64,000 nt of DNA from Nitrospinaceae bacterium (GCA_046754465.1 JBHHVU010000008.1:17214-81213), one strand, 5' to 3'. Counted from the stretch's first letter, positions 10,150 to 20,385 are shown. The notes: generated by a model from the sequence alone, not told the origin. Program-made: numbers and translations.

Positions 10150-10298
10150 GGCAGTCAAATTAGCATTCCCCCGCGGGCAAAGTCAAAAAAAAGCTCTGGT
10201 GATTAAAAGAGACCGATTGGACGCAAAACTATCCGGAAAACGGCTGTGGGGTAGAATATGGAAATATCACGGAAATGTGCCGGAAGAGGGGTTCCCCC

Positions 10299-12266
10299 TC
10301 ACTTTTTCGTAAAATCCGGGTTCAGGCGGGCTTGGAGTTCCCGGACGTTGTTGCGCAGTTGGCTGATGGCGGTTTTCACTTTATTTTTCAGGGAGGCTTC
10401 GGTGACGTCTCCCTTGGAAACCCCGATCCCTTGAATTTGTTTGCGAATATCGTCCAGTTTTTTTTCCAGAAAGAGACTGCGTTTCATACTGAAGCTTTTG
10501 GCGATGGCCCCTTTCAATCCCTCCCCGGCATAGTGCTTGGTGACGGCCATGAGGGCTCTCTTGGTGGGAATGGATTTCTTTCCCTCGCTCCAGCCTATTA
10601 CGGCCTCGTTCAATTCCTTTTCGATATTGTCCACGACGGCATCGTAATCGATGGGATCGACCAGGTCGTTGATATCACCGGGGTTGGAATCTGTCTTTAT
10701 ATCGAAATTAAGAGTTTGACCGGTCCCCTTAAGGTCGACGGACTTGATATTGGCTTCCACCTCCTCCGGCTTGAGGCGGGGGTGCCAGACATACAGGAGG
10801 TACGCCTGGCTTTTCACGTGGTCGAAGGAATACTCTCCCTTGGCATCGGGTTGGGCATAATATCCGTTCGGCACCACGAAAAGAGTTCCAAACATGCTTT
10901 TGTGAAGGTTGCATCGAAGGACGACGGGTCCCGCCTGGGTCATCTTGATACTCTTGGATGCGCCCCCGGCCATCGCCCCCAGGTTGAACTGGTTGTTCCG
11001 GGACTTGGAATAAATATTATGCACCTCCACGTCTTCGTTGACGAAGGTAACGGTGGACCCCACGGGGATCACTGTGTGCTCGGGCAGAAAATGCAGGTCC
11101 TTTTGGCGGATCGTGAATTCCCCTGCTTTCTGTCCGGGAACCTTGAGTTTGGTATTGGTCTCCAGCAACACCACCCCGGGAGAGGACAGAGGTTTTCCAT
11201 TGAGCAGGATTTTTCCGCTGATGGAAGTGGTTTCCTTGGTTGTTTTGGACCCCTCCATCTTCTGGCCGGATTTTTCGGGTTTTTTCGCAACCTCGGTTGG
11301 TTCCGGAGGGGGTGCCGGGACGGTTTTAGCTTCCTGGACCGGTTCCTGTTTTTTGGACGGCTCGCCGAATTTTTTGGAAGAAGAGGGTTGATACCGGCCC
11401 AGGGCGGTCAAAAGCTGAATCACGAACGGTTTTTCAAAACTCTTGTCGATCGCGATGGCTTTTTCAAAATGCGGGGCGGCCTCCTCGAATTTCTTCTGCA
11501 AACTGAGAACCACGCCCAGGTTGAAGTAGGCGGGAGCAAACTGGGGTTGCAAGGCAATGGCCTTGCGGTAGCTTTCTATTTCCTGATCGTATAATTTTTT
11601 CTGGCCGTAGCCTTTGCCCAGGTAGTTGTAGGCCGTGAAATGCTTAGGATCCAATTCAACGGTTTTTTTGAACAACCGGATCGCTTCATCCGAATTTCTT
11701 TCCTGCAGGGCCGACATGCCCCAGTTGAAGGTGATTTCGGCGTCCTTGGGGGCCAGTTCATGGGCGCGGGCGAATTTTTTGTTGGCCCCCTTGTATTTTT
11801 TCTGCATCTTGAGCGCCGTGGCCCAAATGGAGAATACCTCCGGGGAATTGGGACTGATCCCGGCGGCCTTTTCAAATTCCATCTCGCCTGCGTTGAATTT
11901 CCCCTGTTCCGTCAATTCGATGCCCCGGGAAATGTGTTCCATGGTTTTCCGCGGGAGATTGCCACCCGGGGCGGGAAGGTCCCCGGTTTCCTCCGGCGGA
12001 TCCGATTCGTGGGAAATTTTATCCAGGTCCAGGGGCGGGGAGGATTCCTGCGTCTCTTCCGCCGTGGCCGAGGTTTTCTGAAACGGGGTGTATGGTTCCA
12101 GTTGGCTGGCGGGAACCGAGAATTTCATCAGCGCCCAAAGTCCAATGCCGATCAATCCTGTCCAGAACAGGGGCTGGCCCACCCGTTTCCATAGCGGCTG
12201 GGATTTCCAGGGCTTTGAGTCCATTCTCGCGCCGGATTTTTTTCTTTTAATTTTTTTGGGGCTCAT
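10299..12266 (-). CDS. membrane-anchored TPR repeat protein with a cupredoxin (type-1 copper-like) domain
   Basis: N-terminal basic segment plus one TM helix; TPR repeats at about residues 110-290; a Pro/Lys-rich linker; then a cupredoxin-like block VGSTVTFVNEDVEVHNIYS ... RCNLHKSMFG (H416, C452, H455, M458). Confidence 0.7.
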   Translation of the reverse strand: MSPKKIKRKKSGARMDSKPWKSQPLWKRVGQPLFWTGLIGIGLWALMKFSVPASQLEPYTPFQKTSATAEETQESSPPLDLDKISHESDPPEETGDLPAPGGNLPRKTMEHISRGIELTEQGKFNAGEMEFEKAAGISPNSPEVFSIWATALKMQKKYKGANKKFARAHELAPKDAEITFNWGMSALQERNSDEAIRLFKKTVELDPKHFTAYNYLGKGYGQKKLYDQEIESYRKAIALQPQFAPAYFNLGVVLSLQKKFEEAAPHFEKAIAIDKSFEKPFVIQLLTALGRYQPSSSKKFGEPSKKQEPVQEAKTVPAPPPEPTEVAKKPEKSGQKMEGSKTTKETTSISGKILLNGKPLSSPGVVLLETNTKLKVPGQKAGEFTIRQKDLHFLPEHTVIPVGSTVTFVNEDVEVHNIYSKSRNNQFNLGAMAGGASKSIKMTQAGPVVLRCNLHKSMFGTLFVVPNGYYAQPDAKGEYSFDHVKSQAYLLYVWHPRLKPEEVEANIKSVDLKGTGQTLNFDIKTDSNPGDINDLVDPIDYDAVVDNIEKELNEAVIGWSEGKKSIPTKRALMAVTKHYAGEGLKGAIAKSFSMKRSLFLEKKLDDIRKQIQGIGVSKGDVTEASLKNKVKTAISQLRNNVRELQARLNPDFTKK

Positions 12267-12337
12267 GGGAATCGGGAAAATTTCCTCTCGGGGCCGGTTT
12301 CAGGACCGGATCATTAAAGTATCAATTCATTCAGAAG

Positions 12338-12607
12338 CTATTCAGCCCCTCCCACCTTATAATCCGAGGCCAGCCTGGGTTGGGGGAGCTTGAAAATATC
12401 CGTGTTAGGCAGTTCGTCGAACGTCACCGGTTTCTTTTTGGATGCGGCGGAGACGCCTTGTATTTTCGAGGAAAAAGTGGAGAGCCTGGGTGTCACTCGC
12501 GGTGAATCACATTCCGGACAGATGGTTTCCTCTTTTTTCGCGCTGGTGGGTTGCAGAAGAGTAAACTCCTTTTGGCATTCCTCACAATAATATTCATAAA
12601 GGGGCAT
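12338..12607 (-). CDS. FmdB-family zinc-ribbon protein
   Basis: MPLYEYYCEECQKEF....CPECDS: the canonical FmdB N-terminus with two CxxC pairs. Start is at ATG 12607. Confidence 0.85.
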   Translation of the reverse strand: MPLYEYYCEECQKEFTLLQPTSAKKEETICPECDSPRVTPRLSTFSSKIQGVSAASKKKPVTFDELPNTDIFKLPQPRLASDYKVGGAE

Positions 12608-12778
12608 GCGGTTCCTCGAACGCAAATTAATTATCTGGTTGAAAAATGACGGATATTAGGATTAAATCATAGCACCAAACAGCCTGTCAATGGATTTTAG
12701 AACCTTTGGTTCCGTTCCGCAAGGGGCGGGAGCCTCCCCTGCACCCGGAAAAATCCGGAAATTCGCCGGTTTTATCAA

Positions 12779-13960
12779 ATGAAACTTCAAGCCTCCAAAA
12801 TTTCCGCGGAAAGAGACCTGTTCACGGCGTTAAAAGGAAAGTTCGGGTTTTTGCCCTGCCAGATGATCGAGCAGGCCTATCTTCAGGGCTTCATTCATTC
12901 CGAATCGCCGATTTTCCGGTCCCAGTTCCAACCCGTAAGCCTGGATTTGCGCCTGGGACCCAAAGCATACCGGATCCAGTGCAGTTTTTTGCCGGAAAAT
13001 GAATCCGTCGAGGAAAAACTCAAACACGTCCAACTGTATGAATTTGATCTCCAGGGGACCCATGGGGTTCTGGAAAAAGGCGCCATCTATCTGATTCCCC
13101 TTTTGGAAGAATTGGATTTTCCGCCCTCGTTTTACGGCCTGGCCAATCCGAAAAGCTCCACGGGCCGGCTGGATATGTTCACGCGGGTCATCGTGGACCA
13201 AGGACATCGCTTCGATGAAATCCCCCGCGGTTACAAGGGCAAGATGTATCTGGAAGTCATTCCCCGGTCCTTCCCGGTGCGGGTGAAGGCGGGGTTATCC
13301 CTCAACCAGCTGCGAATCGCCAATGGCACCTCCATCACTTTGGGAAAACAGGCCTTGGGGCCCGATTACAAAAAATATCCCATCCTCTTCGACCGCAACG
13401 GATTCGAAATTCCCTTTGAAAACGTGAAGGTCGATGCGGGTTTGTTTGTCAGCGTTGACCTGACGGGGGAAGAAAAGGATTCCACCATCGCTTATAAGGC
13501 CAAGACTAATTCCAATATCATCGACCTTACGAAACTCAATCACTACGACCCCCTGGAATTCTGGGAGCCCGTCGTTCGGCCCAGGAACCATCGGCTGATC
13601 TTAGAGCCGGAATGTTTTTACATCATGATGTCGAAGGAAAAGATTTGCGTCTGGCCCCACTGGCTGGCCGAAATGGTGGCCTACGAACCCAACAGCGGCG
13701 AGCTTCGGACCCATTACGCCGGGTTTTTCGATCCGGGTTTCGGCTGGGATGGCAGCGAATCGCGGATGAACCAGGGCACGTGCGCGGTCATGGAAGTGCG
13801 GCCCCACGACGTTCCCTTCATGGTGGAAGACGGCCAGACCTTTTGCCGGCTGAAATTTGAAAAAGTCGTCGAGCGCCCGGAAAAGGTGTATGGAAAAAAA
13901 ATCGATTCTCATTACCATTCCCAAGGGCTGGCCCTGAGCAAGTATTTTAAACAGGGATGA
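12779..13960 (+). CDS. 2'-deoxycytidine 5'-triphosphate deaminase family protein (long DCD-type)
   Basis: 393 aa. The block QPVSLDLRLGPKAYRIQCSFLP and overall length match my recollection of the long DCD family. Not verified by search. Confidence 0.6.
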   Translation: MKLQASKISAERDLFTALKGKFGFLPCQMIEQAYLQGFIHSESPIFRSQFQPVSLDLRLGPKAYRIQCSFLPENESVEEKLKHVQLYEFDLQGTHGVLEKGAIYLIPLLEELDFPPSFYGLANPKSSTGRLDMFTRVIVDQGHRFDEIPRGYKGKMYLEVIPRSFPVRVKAGLSLNQLRIANGTSITLGKQALGPDYKKYPILFDRNGFEIPFENVKVDAGLFVSVDLTGEEKDSTIAYKAKTNSNIIDLTKLNHYDPLEFWEPVVRPRNHRLILEPECFYIMMSKEKICVWPHWLAEMVAYEPNSGELRTHYAGFFDPGFGWDGSESRMNQGTCAVMEVRPHDVPFMVEDGQTFCRLKFEKVVERPEKVYGKKIDSHYHSQGLALSKYFKQG

Positions 13961-14085
13961 TCCCGGGCTCCTCTCCATCCCTCCTGCTCCCAAGGCGTTT
14001 TTCCAATCCCGTTCCGGAAAAATTTAGTTTTGCACCATGTTGGGATTGACTATAGAATAACCTTGAAAACAACAGGAAAGAACCC

Positions 14086-14823
14086 TTGGAACAGGAAGAA
14101 TTAAAAGCCATCATCGAAAACGTGCTTCTGGCTTCGGACCAACCGGTGACGCCCGACGCCCTGCAGAAGACCGTCATGAATGGCACGGAAAAAGCCGTGT
14201 TGCGAGCCGTCCTCGAGGAATTGCGGGAAGAGTACCAGTCCAGGAATCTGCAAATCCTGGAAGTGGCCGAGGGGTACCAACTTTGCACCCGGCATGAATA
14301 TTCCGATTGGATTCGCAAATATCTCAAGCTCGATAAAACGGCCAAGCTTTCGCAACCCGGAATCGACACCCTTTCCATCATAGCCTACAAACAGCCCCTC
14401 ACCCGGCAGGAGGTGGAAGAGATCCGCGGGGTGGACTCCAGTGGTGTCATCAAGACCTTGCTGGAGAAAAATGTGATCGGCCCCGCCGGACGGAAAAAGG
14501 TTCCCGGAAGACCCATAATGTACCGGACCACCCGAAAGTTCCTGGAGTATTTCGGGCTCCGGGACTTGAGCGAATTACCCACATTGGAAGACTTCAAGGA
14601 AGAACTCTCCGGGGAAGCGGATTCCCCGACCCAGACGGAAATCGATTTTGAGGAAGGCGCCCCGGCAGGCCTCTCCTCCGAGGGCGTTGGGGCGGAATCC
14701 CGGGACAACGTGGAACCGCCAAAACCGGAGCCGGAAACAGATTCCGAAGAAAGCGTTGACGATTCCAACGGAAAGGTTCCAGGTTCCGCGATCCCCGAAG
14801 AGGAAGCCGATCTTGAAAAATAA
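14086..14823 (+). CDS. scpB: SMC-ScpAB condensin subunit ScpB
   Basis: Two winged-helix blocks (AIIENVLLASDQPV...; LSQPGIDTLSIIAYKQPLTRQEVEEIRGVDSSGVIKTLLEKNVI; GRPIMYRTTRKFLEYFGL) and an acidic tail. TTG start. Confidence 0.8.
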   Translation: MEQEELKAIIENVLLASDQPVTPDALQKTVMNGTEKAVLRAVLEELREEYQSRNLQILEVAEGYQLCTRHEYSDWIRKYLKLDKTAKLSQPGIDTLSIIAYKQPLTRQEVEEIRGVDSSGVIKTLLEKNVIGPAGRKKVPGRPIMYRTTRKFLEYFGLRDLSELPTLEDFKEELSGEADSPTQTEIDFEEGAPAGLSSEGVGAESRDNVEPPKPEPETDSEESVDDSNGKVPGSAIPEEEADLEK

Positions 14824-14850
14824 AGTTCCTTTCCGGAATCCCCATGGAAA

Positions 14851-15585
14851 ATGAAGATGCGTTTGCAAAAGGTCATAGCCGATGCGGGGCTCGCGTCCCG
14901 CCGGGAAGCGGAACGCTGGATCGCCGAGGGAAAAGTGCGGGTCAACGGCAGCGTCGTCCGGCAAGCGGGGGTCCTCGCCGACCCGGAACAGGACAGGATT
15001 CGTGTTAACGGGAAATTGATTCCCCCGTCCCGGGATAAGACTTACATGGTCCTGAACAAACCCCCCGGGTGCCTGACCACCATGGTGAAAGACCCGCGCG
15101 GCCGGCGGACCGTGATGGACTTTTTAAAAAAAGTGCCCGCCCGCGTGTTTCCCGTCGGCAGGCTCGACTACCATACCCAGGGATTGTTATTGTTCACCAA
15201 TGATGGGAACCTGTCCCGAAAACTGCTTGCCCCCAAATCCCGGGTGGAACGCACCTATCAGGTAAAAGTCCGGGGAATTCCCGAGGAAAAGGCGCTCAAC
15301 AAGCTTCGGAAAGGGATCCGGCTGGATTACCAACCCACCGCACCCATCCAAACCCAGGTTCTCAGGATCACCGGAAAAAACTGTGTCCTCACCATGAAAC
15401 TGGTGGAAGGAAAAAACCGGCACATCAAGCGGGTTTGTGAGAAGATCGGGCATCCCGTGATCAAGTTGAAAAGAACCCATTTCGGCAAAATAAACCTGAC
15501 CGGCCTGCCCCTCGGGGCCTACCGGTTCCTCACCCCCCGCGAAATGCGCTCCCTGTTTGACGCTGTCAGGAAGAATGACCGTTAG
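14851..15585 (+). CDS. pseudouridine synthase, RsuA/RluB family (S4 domain plus catalytic domain)
   Basis: S4-like N-terminus (RLQKVIADAGLASRREAERWI..GKVRVNG) and catalytic motif GRLDYHTQGLLLFTNDG. Confidence 0.85.
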   Translation: MKMRLQKVIADAGLASRREAERWIAEGKVRVNGSVVRQAGVLADPEQDRIRVNGKLIPPSRDKTYMVLNKPPGCLTTMVKDPRGRRTVMDFLKKVPARVFPVGRLDYHTQGLLLFTNDGNLSRKLLAPKSRVERTYQVKVRGIPEEKALNKLRKGIRLDYQPTAPIQTQVLRITGKNCVLTMKLVEGKNRHIKRVCEKIGHPVIKLKRTHFGKINLTGLPLGAYRFLTPREMRSLFDAVRKNDR

Positions 15586-15587
15586 CG

Positions 15588-16676
15588 GTGAGGGCCTTGG
15601 CGCAAGCTTCCATCCTTTTACCGGAAGGCCGTTCGATGGGTGGTTTTAATATCCTGACACAAAGAATTTCCGAGGTCTCATCCGTGGCAGCCTTTCACAC
15701 CAAATTAATCATTCCCGTCCTTGTCCTCCTAGGGATAGCCGGTTTAAATTCGCCGCGGGAGGCCGCCACCGAGGCCCAGACGCCGGTTCAAAACACCTAC
15801 GAGGTGAGTGCTCGTGTGGATGTGACCCACGGCAAATTCCAGGCCGCCAGAAAACAGGCCGTAACCCGGGCCATGAAATCCGCTGTCGAGGAAGCCTTAC
15901 GGGATTTGATGGGTGACCAAACTTTCGATACCAAGCGTCCCGGTCTCGCCAGGATGCTTGGGGACCCCAAACCCTACGTCCAGAGTTACCGGTTCCTCCG
16001 CGCGTATGATGATCCCGTCGAAAAGGTGACGGAAGTGACCTTGGAAGTGAGCCTGTTTCCCAATGCCGTAAGAAAATCCTTGAACCGCCTGGGAATGATC
16101 CCCGGGGAGGAAAGTGCGAAAAACGTGGTCATCCTGATTCGGGAAAAAAGTTTTACCTCCAAGAATGCGGCGCCGTTTTGGGATACCGTGCCTATCTCCG
16201 AAACCGCGTTGGTTCGCAATTTCACCGAAGCGAGGGTCCAGGTCATCCCGCGTGATTCGATCGTCGAGGAGGTGCCGGAAGAAACCGTGCTCAATGCCAT
16301 CAAGGGAAATTTGAACGATGCGGTCACAATCGGCTTGAAAGCGGGGGCGGATATCGTTATCGTGGGCAGCGCGGTGTCCACCCGATTGGAGACCCCCGGT
16401 GTGCGGAGGCTGACCACCGTGCGGACCAATATCAGCGTTCGGGTCATATCTGTTTCCAATTCCGGTGTCATGGCGGCGAAAAGCGATTTTGCCACCGCCC
16501 AAAAAGCGGATCCCCTGGAAGGTGAACTGGAGGCCTTTGGTGTGGTGAGTAAAAAAATATCCGATTTTCTCCTGCCAACGCTGGGCCGTTACTGGAAGGT
16601 GGGAACCGGCCCCCGCCCACCCGCTCCCGCCGCCCGCAAACCCGCGGCGCCTTCTTTACCGTTGAGCGATCTCTAA
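15588..16676 (+). CDS. hypothetical exported/anchored protein (possibly DUF2066-like)
   Basis: Hydrophobic N-terminal segment (LIIPVLVLLGIAGL) and a Pro-rich tail. The YEVSARV...QAVTRAMKSAVEEAL pattern resembles DUF2066 from memory only. Start is uncertain (GTG 15588 or ATG 15636). Confidence 0.4.
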   Translation: MRALAQASILLPEGRSMGGFNILTQRISEVSSVAAFHTKLIIPVLVLLGIAGLNSPREAATEAQTPVQNTYEVSARVDVTHGKFQAARKQAVTRAMKSAVEEALRDLMGDQTFDTKRPGLARMLGDPKPYVQSYRFLRAYDDPVEKVTEVTLEVSLFPNAVRKSLNRLGMIPGEESAKNVVILIREKSFTSKNAAPFWDTVPISETALVRNFTEARVQVIPRDSIVEEVPEETVLNAIKGNLNDAVTIGLKAGADIVIVGSAVSTRLETPGVRRLTTVRTNISVRVISVSNSGVMAAKSDFATAQKADPLEGELEAFGVVSKKISDFLLPTLGRYWKVGTGPRPPAPAARKPAAPSLPLSDL

Positions 16677-16679
16677 CGC

Positions 16680-17750
16680 ATGGACCGGGAAAAAAGTAAA
16701 CAGGCCCTCATCATCACCCTCGTCACCCTCGCCCTCCTGTTGGTGGTTTTTTATTATGCCCGGCACGTGGCCGTTCCCTTTTTTGTTGCCTTTGCCCTGG
16801 CCTACCTTTTGGATCCCGTCGTCGACCGGCTGGAATCTTTTAAAATCTCCCGCACCTTTTCGGTTATTATTCTGATGCTGCTTTTCTTTTCCGTGTGTTT
16901 GGCTGGCGGAATTCTTATTTTCCCCATCCTGCGCGTGCAGGCGGAAAACTTGACGCAAAACCTTCCCCAATACCTCGCGGTGGTTCAGGAGTGGCTCCGG
17001 CCCCTGCTGGAAAAAGTGGCCGGATTGGACCCTTCCCGAATCCAGGAATACCTGAATGAAGGAATCGGAAAATTCGGCGAATTGCCCCTGAAAATACTGA
17101 CCGTGACCTCGTCCTTCCTCTGGGATTCCGTTTCCAGCCTGTTCAACATGATCCTCATGGTGGCCAATGTGGTCATCATTCCCGTGGTCATGTTTTATCT
17201 TCTCCGGGATTTCGACCGGATCAACGAAAAACTGCTGGCCCTCGTGCCCCCACGGTTCAAGGAGAAAACCCTGGAAACCGTCCGGGAGATCGACCGCGTC
17301 CTCGCCAGTTTCGTTCGGGGTCAACTGATGGTGGCCCTGTTGATGGGCGTGTTGTATTCCCTGGGTTTGTATTTGTGCGGGACTCCCCTGAGCCTGTTTA
17401 TCGGGCTGGTGGCGGGACTGGCCAACCTCGTGCCTTATTTGGGAATCATCGTGGGTTTCATTCCGGCGGCTCTTTTGACCTATCTGCAGACCCGGGGAGG
17501 GCTCCCGGTGCTGGAAGTGGTGGGAGTGTTCGCCGCCGTGCAAATCCTGGAGGGGATGGTGATCACCCCCCGGATTCTGGGAACCAATATTGGACTGCAC
17601 CCCGTGGCGGTCATTTTCGCCGTACTGCTGGGAGGCGAACTCTTTGGGCTGGCGGGCATCATCCTGGGAGTCCCCGCCGTGGCGGTGCTCAATGTCCTGT
17701 TCAACAGGGGATTGATGCAATACAAAAAGTCCACCTTTTACACCAGCTGA
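16680..17750 (+). CDS. AI-2E family transporter (PerM/UPF0118)
   Basis: 356 aa with about 8 TM helices, the typical N-terminal FFVAFALAYLLDPVV block and C-terminal GL.G..LGVP. Confidence 0.8.
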   Translation: MDREKSKQALIITLVTLALLLVVFYYARHVAVPFFVAFALAYLLDPVVDRLESFKISRTFSVIILMLLFFSVCLAGGILIFPILRVQAENLTQNLPQYLAVVQEWLRPLLEKVAGLDPSRIQEYLNEGIGKFGELPLKILTVTSSFLWDSVSSLFNMILMVANVVIIPVVMFYLLRDFDRINEKLLALVPPRFKEKTLETVREIDRVLASFVRGQLMVALLMGVLYSLGLYLCGTPLSLFIGLVAGLANLVPYLGIIVGFIPAALLTYLQTRGGLPVLEVVGVFAAVQILEGMVITPRILGTNIGLHPVAVIFAVLLGGELFGLAGIILGVPAVAVLNVLFNRGLMQYKKSTFYTS

Positions 17751-17855
17751 CCACCCGGCCGGTGACGGGCCTTGTTTCTAAATAAAAGAGGGATCCCGCG
17801 GTCCCCGGCAAGAGGCAACCACAGGCTGAACCGGATGAGGCGGTTTTTCTGAAAT

Positions 17856-18212
17856 CTACTTACATTGTTTTGGGGATTTTGGCTTTTTGTCCGGTGTCGT
17901 GAGAATACCGATGACACCGCCCACCACGGCACTGGTTTTCTCGCTTCCCAAAGGTTGCACCACGGACCCAACGACTGCTCCCACCGCTCCCCGTGTCACC
18001 ATTTTTTCAAATTTCCTGTAGCTCACAATGGTAGAGGTTTGATCGGACTTGATGCAGGGAGAGTTTTTGAAGTGGACAGAACTGGTGTCGCCGTTTTTGT
18101 GGACTTTGGGGGTCCCGGCGTTTTTCATCCAAAGGACTTGGGTGTCCTTGGCTTCCAGGGTGGAAACGGAGCCAAGAAAAAGCACCAGTCCCAACAAAAT
18201 AGATATCCGCAT
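17856..18212 (-). CDS. small secreted protein with a glycine-zipper segment
   Basis: Signal peptide MRISILLGLVLFLGSVSTLEA and a GAVGAVVGSVV...VVGGVIG motif. Confidence 0.5.
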   Translation of the reverse strand: MRISILLGLVLFLGSVSTLEAKDTQVLWMKNAGTPKVHKNGDTSSVHFKNSPCIKSDQTSTIVSYRKFEKMVTRGAVGAVVGSVVQPLGSEKTSAVVGGVIGILTTPDKKPKSPKQCK

Positions 18213-18401
18213 GAAACCTCCAGGGAAGAGGGGATTTTTCTTTACAAGAAGAGAGTTTACACGATGGATATTACAAAAAGATCAAGTCCGGGTTACAGTT
18301 TGGTTATTTAATACACCGGCCGGAAGGGGAGGATGTGCCGGGTATCGCCGGTGTTTCCCCTGGAATCAAACGTGGGAACCGCTGCCCCCTGGAGGCGAGG
18401 G

Positions 18402-19469
18402 TCAAACGTATTGGTAACGCATGTTTCGTCTTTGGGGAACAAAGCCGCCATCGGTGATGAGCCGGCGAAGATCTTCCTCGTTGAGGCAGTGAATGGTTCC
18501 CGCGGCGCGCACGACGTTTTCCTCGAGCATGGTGCTTCCCATGTCGTTGGCCCCGTAATACAGGGCGACCTGACCGATCTTGGGTCCCTGGGTGACCCAG
18601 GAGGACTGAATGTTGTCGAAATTGTCCAGCACGATCCGGCTGATGGCCAGGGTTTTCAAATAGTCGAGCCCGCTGACCGGGGTTTTGATTCCCATATCCC
18701 GGCTCAACTCCGTGTTCCCGGGTTGAAAGGGCCAGGGGATGAAGGCGGTGAATCCGCCGGTTTTGTCCTGTTGTTCGCGGATTCGTATCAGGTGCTCCAC
18801 CCGGTCATCCAGGGTTTCCACGTGCCCGAACATCATGGTGGCCGTGGTGGGGATTCCCATTCCGTGGGCCAGGTCCATCACTTCGAGCCACTGATCGGTG
18901 GAACATTTATAGGGACTGATCTTTTTCCGCACCCGGTCCACTAGAATTTCGCCGCCGCCGCCTGGAATGGAGTCGAGCCCGGCCGCATGCAGACGTTCCA
19001 GGGTCTCCTGGAGCGTTATTTTAGAAATCTTGGCCGTGAAGACCATTTCCGGAGGGGACAAGGCGTGCAAATGAATATCGTACCGTTCCTTGATTTTTCG
19101 GAACAGGTCTTCGAAATACTCGATCCGGAGGTCGATATGGTGTCCCCCCTGCAGAAGAATCTGCCGCCCCCCCAGCGCGAGGGTTTCCTCTATTTTTTTG
19201 CCGATGGTTTCAAAGGGAAGGACATAGGAGTCGGTGTCCTTTTCCTTGCGGTAGAAGGCGCAAAAGGTGCAATCGGTGACGCAGATGTTGGTATAGTTGA
19301 TGTTGCGGTCGACTATATAGGTGATCACCCGGGCTTTTCTTTTTTTCCGCGCGATCCGGGAGGCCACGTTTCCCAGGAGAAGGATATCCGGCACCGAAAA
19401 CAGCTGGACGGCCTCGGCGTGGTGGATCCTTTCGCCATCGAGGGCTTTTTGGAGGATGGTTTCCCACAT
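18402..19469 (-). CDS. radical SAM enzyme of the MqnC/MqnE/CofH family (futalosine-pathway menaquinone biosynthesis)
   Basis: VDRNINYTNICVTDCTFCAFYR (CxxxCxxC in the family-typical context); about 355 aa. ATG 19469 is preferred over TTG 19475. I cannot separate MqnC from MqnE by eye. Confidence 0.75.
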   Translation of the reverse strand: MWETILQKALDGERIHHAEAVQLFSVPDILLLGNVASRIARKKRKARVITYIVDRNINYTNICVTDCTFCAFYRKEKDTDSYVLPFETIGKKIEETLALGGRQILLQGGHHIDLRIEYFEDLFRKIKERYDIHLHALSPPEMVFTAKISKITLQETLERLHAAGLDSIPGGGGEILVDRVRKKISPYKCSTDQWLEVMDLAHGMGIPTTATMMFGHVETLDDRVEHLIRIREQQDKTGGFTAFIPWPFQPGNTELSRDMGIKTPVSGLDYLKTLAISRIVLDNFDNIQSSWVTQGPKIGQVALYYGANDMGSTMLEENVVRAAGTIHCLNEEDLRRLITDGGFVPQRRNMRYQYV

Positions 19470-19471
19470 GG

Positions 19472-19858
19472 TCAACCGTTGGTATGAATTTCCAGGTGAT
19501 TGTAATCCGGGTCGGTGAAATAGATGGATTCCCCGTCGCCGCGCCGGACGGGTCCGCTGTCGATGGTCACGTTATTTTTTTTAAGTTCTTCGATGATTTT
19601 CGCGAATTGATCCCGCTTGGTTTTGAAAGCCAGATGCATGTACCCCGTTTCGCTCAAATGATCCAACGCCTCCTTCATTTCCATGCCAGGGGATTCGAAC
19701 AGGGCGATGGCGGCGTTTCCCGCGTCCAGCATGAGGTGCCTCAACCCCTTGGAAAACCTCCGGGAGACCTTGAACCCCAGAACCCCGGTGTAAAACTGTT
19801 CCGCCCGGTCCAGGTCGCGAACATTGAGTGCGATGTGGTGGATGCCTTCGAGCCGCAT
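19472..19858 (-). CDS. VOC family protein (glyoxalase/bleomycin-resistance/dioxygenase fold)
   Basis: MRLEGIHHIALNVRDLDRAEQFYTGVLGFKV is a typical VOC N-terminus. The internal ATG 19858 is chosen. Confidence 0.75.
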   Translation of the reverse strand: MRLEGIHHIALNVRDLDRAEQFYTGVLGFKVSRRFSKGLRHLMLDAGNAAIALFESPGMEMKEALDHLSETGYMHLAFKTKRDQFAKIIEELKKNNVTIDSGPVRRGDGESIYFTDPDYNHLEIHTNG

Positions 19859-19883
19859 GGTTGGCCGTGAGAGGAGTGCCCGT

Positions 19884-20249
19884 TTATAACGTGCCGTCCC
19901 CGGTACCGAGTGAGGGGGCGACGATGCCGTCCATGCCCGTGTCTCCCATGGCTTCTTCATCCGTGATGACGAAGATATGGTAGCCGAACGTGGTTTTGAC
20001 CGGGCCCCGCAGTTCGTGCACCGGGGCCGCCATCGCCGCCTTGTAAAGCTCCGGGGCGCTGGTGTGAACCTCCAGGGTGCCTAGATCGCCACCATTGTGA
20101 CGGGTCCCGCAGGCGCTGTACTTTTTGGCCAGTTTGGCGAAACTCTTCATCATCTGACCGTAATTCTCGTAGGATTTCAGGTGTTCCAGCAAAACGTCCG
20201 CCACCTCCTTGGTGGTCAACACGATGTGGCTGATTTGAAGTGATCTCAT
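19884..20249 (-). CDS. parvulin-type peptidyl-prolyl cis-trans isomerase
   Basis: ISHIVL...AKKYSACGTRHNGGDLG....PVKTTFGYHIF rotamase signature; 121 aa. Confidence 0.7.
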   Translation of the reverse strand: MRSLQISHIVLTTKEVADVLLEHLKSYENYGQMMKSFAKLAKKYSACGTRHNGGDLGTLEVHTSAPELYKAAMAAPVHELRGPVKTTFGYHIFVITDEEAMGDTGMDGIVAPSLGTGDGTL

Positions 20250-20385
20250 GGGTTCAATACTCTTAAATTAAATATTCCAAAGCGCAAATCACCTGCAAAC
20301 TCTATAAGTCCCGAATCATGGATTTTTAAATTTTAGCGGTTTTGAGGAAATATACAAGGAATACTTTGGCAAACCGGCAGGCGGC

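Noticed and set aside
10275-11594. 439-aa plus-strand ORF
   Set aside because: It is antisense to the TPR/cupredoxin gene, which has clear repeats and motifs. It is a shadow ORF.
16656-17720. 354-aa His/Gln/Gly-rich ORF on the minus strand
   Set aside because: It lies entirely antisense to the well-supported AI-2E transporter gene. It has low-complexity composition typical of a GC-rich antisense frame and no motif.
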